Part shown: in pieces, positions 24,518 through 31,402 of the stretch
Layout: each line of letters begins with the position of its first letter
Numbering within the stretch: the first letter of the stretch is position 1
Origin: Chloroflexia bacterium
GTDB taxonomy: Bacteria; Chloroflexota; Chloroflexia; QHBQ01; JADMIH01
DNA: 33,329 nucleotides
Direction: 5' to 3'
Assembly (NCBI GenBank): GCA_049580985.1
Contig: JBAURA010000041.1
Span: 1-33,329, forward strand
The notes under the pieces: model-generated
What the model was told of the DNA's origin: nothing
Databases searched by the model: none
Seen by the model: the letters and a program-made list of their open reading frames with translations, nothing else
Position numbers and translations under genes: made by a program

Positions 24518-27500
24518 CTACGGAGTATCGAGCGGCAGGTTGGAGCAGGTTGCGCGACGCGGCAGGCCTTTGGGCAAATACTGCTCCCACTCGAGAGCAG
24601 TCAGGTTGCGGTTGGCGATGGCGCAGGCCCGTCTAACCCAAGAGTTGGGATCGACATCCAACAGCCGAAGCACAGCAGCACCACCGCCGCCCACAGCCAG
24701 CAGCCGTCCGTCAGGGCTGAAAGCCAAATCGTTTTCGGCCCCCGCCTGTTCCCAGAGCAAAGCGCCTGGTGATACCCCGCCGCGCGCAGGCCAAAGATGC
24801 ACACTGCCATCCTTGGAAGTCGAAGCGAGCGTGAAACCGTCAGGACTGAAGGCTAGGTCGGTAACTGGCCCCTGGTGGCCCTGGAGCGCCGGTCCAAGCG
24901 ACGTGAGCATGGGCCAGTCCCACAACCGGATGGTGCTGTCAGTGTAGCCGGTGGCCAGGGTGCGGCCGTCGGCGCTGAAGGCCAGGGCTGCAAGTTCGGT
25001 GCGCAGCTCGGGATAGGATGTCGGGGTGGCTAAAGGCCAGCTACTGGGCATTTCCCACAGGCGCAGCACGCCATTTGGGCAGCCAAACTGTGTGGGAGCG
25101 GAGCAACCACCAGCCGCCAGGACGCGACCATCCGCGCTAAATCGAAGCGCCGAGATCTGTGCCTGTGCGTCCAGCGTCCGTGTCGGCCCAGATGTGGCAT
25201 TGATATCCCAGAGGTCAATCCGACTGCCGAGGGCTACGGCAAGCGTATGGCCGTCCGCGCTGAAGGCCAGGCGCGGCCGTAACTCGCTTGCGCTGCCCGC
25301 CGTAAGCACGAGCGGCTTCTCCCAGGGCTGGCTCCACAACAGTAGTTCTCCGTCGAGCCCGACCGACGCGAGCGTGTCGTCCAACGGACTGAAAGCCAGT
25401 TCACTCACCCCCGCCTGATGGCCCCGTAGCGGCTCCCTATGCGCGGTACCGGCCGGCAGATCCCAAAGGCGAATCAGGCCGTCGGCCCCGCCAGAGGCAA
25501 GCATACTTCCGTCGCGCGTCACCGAGGTGCTGGTCACCACGCCCTCCGGGACCGGCAAAATAGCCGTGGTAGGCCAACTCGATCCTAAGTCCCACAAGCG
25601 AACGTCCGCTAGTTCATCGGTCGCGCCCTTGGCCTCTTTTCCAAAGCCGGCGCTGGCCAGTGTGCGTCCGTCGACGGCCATCGCCAGTGCGTTGATGATG
25701 CCGGTGTGCCCGGTCAGGATGTATACCGGCCGTCCCTCCCTAATGTTCCAGGCATGGATAGTCTGCCCCGCCCCCGCCCAAAACAGGGTCTGGCCGTCTG
25801 GACTGAAGGCCAGCGCGTTTATCATCCCTTCAGAGCCATTTATGATCTGCGGCTCGCTGCCGGTCGTCTCCACGTCTCTGCCGGTCGCGTTCACGTCCCA
25901 CAGGAGCACCATACCATCATCGCCTGCGGCTGCAATCTGGTCGCCTTGCGGACTGAAAGCGACGGCACGCAGAGGATTATTTACTCCCCTTCCACCCAAC
26001 GGTGGCGTGATCTCTTGGCGTGTGTCGAGATCCCATCGGCGTACCAGACCATCACTGCCCACGGAGAAGACAACAGAGCCTTTTGCCCTGGGCGAGAATA
26101 CGATGGCCAGTGCTGCGCCAATGTGACCGCCGGGCAGCGGACCAAGTGGGATGTGTGCCACAGGATCCCAAAGCCGAATCGTGCCCTCTCTCCCTGTCGA
26201 GACCAGAATCTTGCCCCCAGGCGCAAAGGCCACAGCGGTCACGTCGTCCGTATGCCCATCCAACTCCAGTAGTTGTAGCGGGCTACTGACGACCCACACC
26301 CGCACCTTGTTATCCCAGCTGCCGGACGCGAGCATGCCGCTGTCCGGGCTGAAAGCAAGCCCGGTTACCGGCTGGCCGTCATGGCCCACCAGCGACCGAA
26401 GGAGCCGGTGGGTTTGCGTGTCCCATAGCCAGATCGCGCCGTCATCGCCGGCACTCGCCACGGTGCGGCCATCCGGGCTAAAGGCAACGGCATAGGCCCA
26501 GCGCGGCTCGCCCCAGAGAAAGCTCGCGAGACGAGCGCTCTGGGTCAGCCCACTATAAAGGCTGGCGCGCGCCTCGACCGTATCTGTGAAGGCATGTGAC
26601 TCCACACTCAGCAAGAGAGATAGGTCGAGTCGGTCATTTAGCCGACCCGACGCTCCCAACGCCAGCGCCCGGGAGACAGCCAGGTCAGCCTCGATAGCTG
26701 CACGAGTGCTTTCGGCAACCGCCAGTGCGCGCTGCTGGTCCGCGCGATTTCCTTCGGCCACCGCCGTCGCGCGCTGTTGGTCGGCCAGTTGGGCGTTGGC
26801 GTCTGCTCGCAGCTTCTCGGCCACCGCCGCCTGCTCACTCGCTACAGCCGTCTTACTGCTCGCTACGGCCTCCTCCTTCGCGATCCTGGCGTCGTTCCAG
26901 AAGAACAACACCACCACTAACGCGGTGAACAAGATGGCAAAGAGCGCAACCGTCACCAGCAACCGGCGGCGACGGGCGGCCGCGGCCTCAGAAGAGGCAC
27001 GAAGAAACTCGCGCTCAACCTGGCGTAACTCTGCTGGGTCTCTACGCGCCTGCCGCTCAGCCTCACGCAATTCTGCACCGAGCAGCAACAGGCTCTGCGG
27101 CCGGCCTGTACTGGCCCACTCCGGCGCGCGCCTCTGCAGCGGCCTCAGCGTCTCGCGCCAGCGCTTATTGTCCTCCCACACCGGCTTGATCATGCTGTCG
27201 TGGGCGAGTTCGAACCAGGTCGTGCCATGCCGGTCGTCACGGCGGATCAAGTGTGTATCTACCAGCGCCTCTATGGCAGCGAGTGGCAATGCCTGCTCGC
27301 CTTTCAGTTCGAGCGGCACCTGGCCCCTGGTGTCTTCCGACGTGATCAGTCGCTCGAACCAGTCTCGGATGCGCCTCGGCGACACCTTGCATGTGTCGGC
27401 GACCTCGGTTATGCTCTCCGCATAGTATTCGGTTAGTGCCTGACTCACATAGTCGCCGTTGCTTATCAGATCCTCACCCATCTGTTGCGCGCCTACTGGC

Positions 27501-28468
27501 CGATGATTCCAGATTCGACGGCAGACAACCTGTAGCACCACCGGCTCGATAGGCCCTCGCCCGCTCGGCTTGATGCCATCGGGCTCTTGTACTATCACTG
27601 TTCCCAGGTCCTCGACCAAGCGATTAACCGCGGGTTCGGTAAAGGGCACACCGGCGATCCTGGCCGGTTCGCGGATCGCCTGAGCGGCGGCGTTCGGCCC
27701 GAGTTGCGCCAGGCGGTACGTGGAGTTTAGGTATCCAGGCAGCAGATCCCTGTACGGATCGAGCTGGCCCAGGTAGTCCTCTCGGATGGAGAATAGCACC
27801 CAGCGGTTGCGGCTGCCCAGTACGACGCCAAGCTGCTCAAAGAAATCGCGCTTGGCGTCAACATCCAGCGGCTCGACCGTCAGCACGTCTTCGAACTGAT
27901 CGAATATCCAGACGACGCCGGCTGGCGCGTCCCGATTAATTCGGGCACGGGATTGCTCCGTTTCGGGTTCTTCGCCCTCGAAGGTCTGGCGCTCGCCATA
28001 ACGGAGCTTCACATAAGATGGTAGTGTAAGCTCGGCCAGTTCGGCGGGCGTGAAGGCCTCCTTCTCTTGCGCCTGCTCCAGCGAGGCAAGGAGTTTGAGC
28101 ACGAAGGAATTGGCTTTATGGCTGACCGCTAAGTATTCGACAGGCAATTCGGCGCCAAAACGGGCGATCCGTACTACGTCAAAGCGTGGCCGCCATATAG
28201 CCTGTGCCTCCTGATCCTGGCTCGGCTGACCCACCTGCCGCCCCTCCAACCTGGGGATCAACCCGGCCTGGATAAGCGAGCTCTTGCCCGCGCCCGACGG
28301 AGAGTGGAGCAGCGTGATACGCTCGGCGACCAGCAGGTTGTAAAGCTCACGCAGTTCGCGATCGCGACCGTAGATGCCGTTCTCCTCGCTTAAGGCGAGC
28401 GGGCCTGGGTAAGGCTCATACCGGGCCACGTCTACGTCAATGCCAGATGCATCAGCCATTTGTGGCAC
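24518..28468 (-). CDS. STAND-type P-loop NTPase (nSTAND-like), single TM helix, Ala/Gln-rich coiled coil, 14 WD40 repeats
   Basis: YGRDRELRELYNLLVAERITLLHSPSGAGKSSLIQAGLIPRL (Walker A), VVWIFDQFEDVL (Walker B, hhhhDQFE), LFSIREDY, winged-helix-like LIRRDDRHGTTWFELAHDSMIKPW, and TM LLVTVALFAILFTALVVVLFFW. These are followed by 14 units of the type VAFSPDG.TLAS...D..I.LWD and the tail ACAIANRNLTALEWEQYLP. The start is GTG 28468 or ATG 28459, and both overlap the upstream stop (28452-28454). Confidence 0.9.
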   Translation of the reverse strand: MPQMADASGIDVDVARYEPYPGPLALSEENGIYGRDRELRELYNLLVAERITLLHSPSGAGKSSLIQAGLIPRLEGRQVGQPSQDQEAQAIWRPRFDVVRIARFGAELPVEYLAVSHKANSFVLKLLASLEQAQEKEAFTPAELAELTLPSYVKLRYGERQTFEGEEPETEQSRARINRDAPAGVVWIFDQFEDVLTVEPLDVDAKRDFFEQLGVVLGSRNRWVLFSIREDYLGQLDPYRDLLPGYLNSTYRLAQLGPNAAAQAIREPARIAGVPFTEPAVNRLVEDLGTVIVQEPDGIKPSGRGPIEPVVLQVVCRRIWNHRPVGAQQMGEDLISNGDYVSQALTEYYAESITEVADTCKVSPRRIRDWFERLITSEDTRGQVPLELKGEQALPLAAIEALVDTHLIRRDDRHGTTWFELAHDSMIKPVWEDNKRWRETLRPLQRRAPEWASTGRPQSLLLLGAELREAERQARRDPAELRQVEREFLRASSEAAAARRRRLLVTVALFAILFTALVVVLFFWNDARIAKEEAVASSKTAVASEQAAVAEKLRADANAQLADQQRATAVAEGNRADQQRALAVAESTRAAIEADLAVSRALALGASGRLNDRLDLSLLLSVESHAFTDTVEARASLYSGLTQSARLASFLWGEPRWAYAVAFSPDGRTVASAGDDGAIWLWDTQTHRLLRSLVGHDGQPVTGLAFSPDSGMLASGSWDNKVRVWVVSSPLQLLELDGHTDDVTAVAFAPGGKILVSTGREGTIRLWDPVAHIPLGPLPGGHIGAALAIVFSPRAKGSVVFSVGSDGLVRRWDLDTRQEITPPLGGRGVNNPLRAVAFSPQGDQIAAAGDDGMVLLWDVNATGRDVETTGSEPQIINGSEGMINALAFSPDGQTLFWAGAGQTIHAWNIREGRPVYILTGHTGIINALAMAVDGRTLASAGFGKEAKGATDELADVRLWDLGSSWPTTAILPVPEGVVTSTSVTRDGSMLASGGADGLIRLWDLPAGTAHREPLRGHQAGVSELAFSPLDDTLASVGLDGELLLWSQPWEKPLVLTAGSASELRPRLAFSADGHTLAVALGSRIDLWDINATSGPTRTLDAQAQISALRFSADGRVLAAGGCSAPTQFGCPNGVLRLWEMPSSWPLATPTSYPELRTELAALAFSADGRTLATGYTDSTIRLWDWPMLTSLGPALQGHQGPVTDLAFSPDGFTLASTSKDGSVHLWPARGGVSPGALLWEQAGAENDLAFSPDGRLLAVGGGGAAVLRLLDVDPNSWVRRACAIANRNLTALEWEQYLPKGLPRRATCSNLPLDTP
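24656..26506 (-). repeat. 14 tandem WD40 blades (enough for two 7-bladed beta-propellers)
   Basis: Counted by eye from WAYAVAFSPDGRTVASAGDDGAIWLWD to ENDLAFSPDGRLLAVGGGGAAVLRLLD. Each unit is about 40-50 aa. Confidence 0.85.
26897..26962 (-). other. Single predicted transmembrane helix between the NTPase and WD40 modules
   Basis: LLVTVALFAILFTALVVVLFFW is 22 uncharged hydrophobic residues. It is preceded by AAARRRR and followed by NDARIAKEE. Confidence 0.75.
28280..28303 (-). other. Walker A / P-loop (SPSGAGKS)
   Basis: The reverse complement of gctcttgcccgcgcccgacggaga reads tct ccg tcg ggc gcg ggc aag agc. Confidence 0.9.
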
Positions 28469-30572
28469 TTCGCTCGGCAGCCTGCTTCGCCTCCCAGCGC
28501 TCTCGCAACTCTTCGGTGAAGTCGTCTACTCGGCCCCAATATATACTTATTCTCTCGCCTTTGAAGTAGCTCTTAAGGTAATTGCGTGCGCCTCGCGGAT
28601 TAGCGTACGCACCCTCCTCAGGGTCAATTTGCGCCGCCACATGATTGTATAGCTTCATCAGGCCCCCCTTTTGTCCGGTCACCAGGAAGCGGAACAGCGT
28701 CCGGAAATCCCAGTCCTCTTGTTTGAAGCCTAGGAAGAGCAAGGCGTTCTGTAAGAAGGCCTCCAAAACCACATCTGGGATGCGCTTTTTGTTGCTGGTG
28801 ATACCGACCAAATAGTCGAAGTAATCATCCTCTTGGATCACTAGTGAGAGTGGCACCTTGATGTGGCCGAATAGATGATAGACAAGCGGATTGTGTTTAT
28901 CGGGCACGTAATCTCGGTCTATCTGCCATAGATCTTTGGGCCAATCGAGGTCGTTCCAGCGACAGATCTTTAGCGTCGGTTTTTTCCCCGCGTCTTGCAA
29001 CGCGTCAAATAGCATCGTGTCAGGGTTGGTGGTCACATAGACCTTGAAGGGCAGGCTGGCTAGTACCGCATGCGGTTCGATACGGCGCGCGGCAGCCGGT
29101 TCATTGGCATGGGAAGAGCGCAGGTAGCTGCCGGCGGATTTCACTACCTCCGCCACGTCTTTGCGGTCAATGTTCGGAGGAAGAAAGTGGCCAAACCGGT
29201 CGAGTAGTTCCATACGTACATGGTTGATCAACTCGCGCTTCGGTGTGATCTGTTGCTCGCTGGCTGCCAGGTACTGCGCGACCTGGGGCAGATCGTCCAT
29301 GTCGCCAGGCGACATGGGGTAGCCATACCGCTCGGCCCACCTCTGCGCCAGTGCCCAGGTGGGCCCGATCAGCTCTTCCAGCATGCCCGACCCGAGGATC
29401 GGCGTGCATTGTCCATAATCAATATTCTCTAGCACCGAGTCCCAGCCTCGAAAGTCGTTATCGCCGCCCAGGACGAATCCGGGTGAGAACCAGATTCGCC
29501 CTTCCTGCAGGCGTGAGAAGAGAGTAGGCATCCAGAAATCCCGATTCTTGCTCACGAAACCTCGAGCTGCGGTCACCGCCCTGTCAATCTGGCCGTGCCG
29601 TTTCAGTTCGCTAAAGAATACAGGCATGAAGCTAGTCACGGTGCGCATGCTGACATTGCCCTGCATACCGAGTACCGCCGCCACCCCCGCCTCCGCCAGT
29701 TGAGGCCCCAACGACGCAAGAGCACCGTCATCACGGCTGGTGTCCATCGCAGCGCTCTGACACGAGCCCAGTACCATCAACAATGGGCGATTCGTCAGGC
29801 CGCGTATGCGGGTGACGAGCGTTCCACCCGACGCGGGCGCTGCCTTACCCGCACCATCCTCCAGCAAAATCACCGGCTCTTTATTCTTGAAGCCGCCATG
29901 TGCGACCAGATAAACGATGTCGTAGCCCTTACCCAGTTCTTCCACCAGGTGCTCCAGGGTAACGCTTCGAGCCGGCATTGCCTCAACCCGTAATCCAGCC
30001 AGGGCCTCCATAGCGCGGTCACGTTCGCCTTGCTCGTCAATTGTGACGGGGGAGCCGCCATCGAACGAGAATTCGCCCTCTGCCAAAGTTGGGTTGGCAA
30101 TGGCAATCAGCGCCTTCAGGTCGTTGCGTGTGTGTAGTCGCAGGCGTCGCCGGTCGGCGCTACTACTTAGGAAGCGCGAAAAGGGGACATTCTGATCGGT
30201 GGTCAGTGGTTCTCCATTTTCAGGGTCACACAACATCTCCCATAAAAGGTCATGGAGTCGCGGGGTGCCGGGCCAGATGAAGAGGCGCAAGTGTAACAGA
30301 ACCGGGTTGCCCGGTACGCGTTCTGCCTCCTCGCGGGCCCTGCGATACCGGCTGAGCACATTGGCATCGGCGAACAGATACTGGCCCAGCAGCATGCCGT
30401 ACGCCTTTGGGTTGGTCTTCGCTCCCAGCAGTTTCTCGAAATCGAAGGTTACTACACCTCTTACCGGAACCTGGAAGGTTTGGTCGTTCGATATGCTGAA
30501 ACGCAGCTCGACGGCATAGCTGTTCTTCTCAAGGTGGTGGAGCCCGATCTCAAGATCGGCGGAAACATCCAT
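28452..30572 (-). CDS. CHAT (caspase-like clan CD) protease fused to a C-terminal SIR2-like (SIR2_2 type) domain
   Basis: 706 aa. See the two domain features. The N-terminus MDVSADLEIGLHHLEKNSYAVELRFS is typical of CHAT proteins. The stop overlaps the start of the STAND NTPase gene. Confidence 0.85.
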   Translation of the reverse strand: MDVSADLEIGLHHLEKNSYAVELRFSISNDQTFQVPVRGVVTFDFEKLLGAKTNPKAYGMLLGQYLFADANVLSRYRRAREEAERVPGNPVLLHLRLFIWPGTPRLHDLLWEMLCDPENGEPLTTDQNVPFSRFLSSSADRRRLRLHTRNDLKALIAIANPTLAEGEFSFDGGSPVTIDEQGERDRAMEALAGLRVEAMPARSVTLEHLVEELGKGYDIVYLVAHGGFKNKEPVILLEDGAGKAAPASGGTLVTRIRGLTNRPLLMVLGSCQSAAMDTSRDDGALASLGPQLAEAGVAAVLGMQGNVSMRTVTSFMPVFFSELKRHGQIDRAVTAARGFVSKNRDFWMPTLFSRLQEGRIWFSPGFVLGGDNDFRGWDSVLENIDYGQCTPILGSGMLEELIGPTWALAQRWAERYGYPMSPGDMDDLPQVAQYLAASEQQITPKRELINHVRMELLDRFGHFLPPNIDRKDVAEVVKSAGSYLRSSHANEPAAARRIEPHAVLASLPFKVYVTTNPDTMLFDALQDAGKKPTLKICRWNDLDWPKDLWQIDRDYVPDKHNPLVYHLFGHIKVPLSLVIQEDDYFDYLVGITSNKKRIPDVVLEAFLQNALLFLGFKQEDWDFRTLFRFLVTGQKGGLMKLYNHVAAQIDPEEGAYANPRGARNYLKSYFKGERISIYWGRVDDFTEELRERWEAKQAAERSATNG
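28533..29420 (-). other. SIR2_2-like domain (approximate bounds, aa ~385-680)
   Basis: Ordered motifs: CTPILGSGML (GxG Rossmann start), KVYVTTNPDTMLFDAL (compare TTNYD), LVYHLFGHI (compare KLHG), LVIQEDDYFDYL, and NALLFLGFKQEDWDFRTLFR (compare LFLGYSLSD). Confidence 0.7.
29538..30290 (-). other. CHAT protease domain (approximate bounds, aa ~95-345) with a His/Cys dyad
   Basis: YDIVYLVAHGGF (His225 codon 29898-29900) and LLMVLGSCQSA (Cys271 codon 29760-29762), followed by AGVAAVLGMQGNVS. The order and spacing are typical of CHAT/caspase-fold enzymes. Confidence 0.8.
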
Positions 30573-30697
30573 GGTGCTTCCCTACATGAGCCGATGGTAA
30601 GGCGGCTCACATAGCACGCCACGCACAGTGGTCCCGTTAAGTTGCAGACCAGCCCACAGCGAGGCGATATTACGAAGGCTTCTCGACTCTTAGTATA

Positions 30698-30726
30698 ATT
30701 ATACAGTCGGAGAGTGCGCTGTGCAA
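30698..30726 (-). promoter_or_regulatory. Candidate sigma70-type promoter for the CHAT-SIR2 operon (TTGCAC - 17 nt - TATAAT)
   Basis: On the minus strand, -35 TTGCAC is at 30726-30721, the spacer is 17 nt, and -10 TATAAT is at 30703-30698. The -10 lies in the perfect palindrome GTATAATTATAC (30693-30704), about 125 nt upstream of the ATG. Confidence 0.4.
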
Positions 30727-31402
30727 GGGAGAGCATCAATACTCAAAGCATCATTTGGTGGGGCTAATCCTGCGTGTTCGATGCTACTTGTCTCATGCTA
30801 GATCGTGGAGTCTCATTCGCAAGCACAGCCTCTTGTAAGGTAGTATGGTCGTTCGTATGAGCCAAGAGAGCCATTCAGGGCGCCCTCTGTTAGCAACCTC
30901 ATAAAAGATGAGAGTACCCAACCCTGACAAGCCTTTTAGGATGTTTGGTCTAATATCGACCTGTCAGTACGGGAGCGGTATAGCCGTAGGTGTGCGCGTC
31001 GGGGTGTTGGTAGGGGTGTTGACGGCAGTGCTGGTCGGCCATCCGTAGTGCATGAGCTTTGTATGAATTCTTGTATGAGTTTCGTATACCGCAATGCAGC
31101 TTTAGGGCAGCCTGGCTGCTGTATACTTTCTTCACAAAACAAAGCGCAACTCGCAGGTACGTGCGTCCTCAACCCAGGTCTCTGGGCCCCAACACGCAAT
31201 CTTCTGGAGCAGTGGCACGCCGAGTGCTGTAGGGCGTAACTGGTTGCGTATTCTAATGTCATGGTAGTTTGCGACCTGGCGCAGTATTCTCCTCCCACAC
31301 GTCAGTGCTACCTGGGTAGTCCTCCACAACCGCGCATCCCTCTCACAACGCTCTTACCAAAGACAACGTTCGTCCCACTAATTCGGCAAGGAGGCCTCGT
31401 TC

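Noticed and set aside
24656-26506. Periodic ~120-150 nt repeats here (and similar periodicity at 32227-33329) that could be mistaken for a CRISPR-like array
   Set aside because: The periodicity is that of WD40 and SBBP protein repeats inside long intact ORFs. There are no short identical direct repeats separated by unique spacers.
26586-27425. 279-aa plus-strand ORF, with other 100-200 aa ORFs antisense to the WD40 gene
   Set aside because: The composition is Ser/Ala/Arg-rich. It lies inside a 1316-aa ORF with clear P-loop and WD40 motifs on the other strand.
30936-31298. 120-aa minus-strand ORF, plus the overlapping 61-65 aa ORFs, in the long intergenic region
   Set aside because: There is no RBS, no recognisable motif and odd composition. 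GC content is lower than in the coding regions. The region is treated as non-coding pending transcript data.
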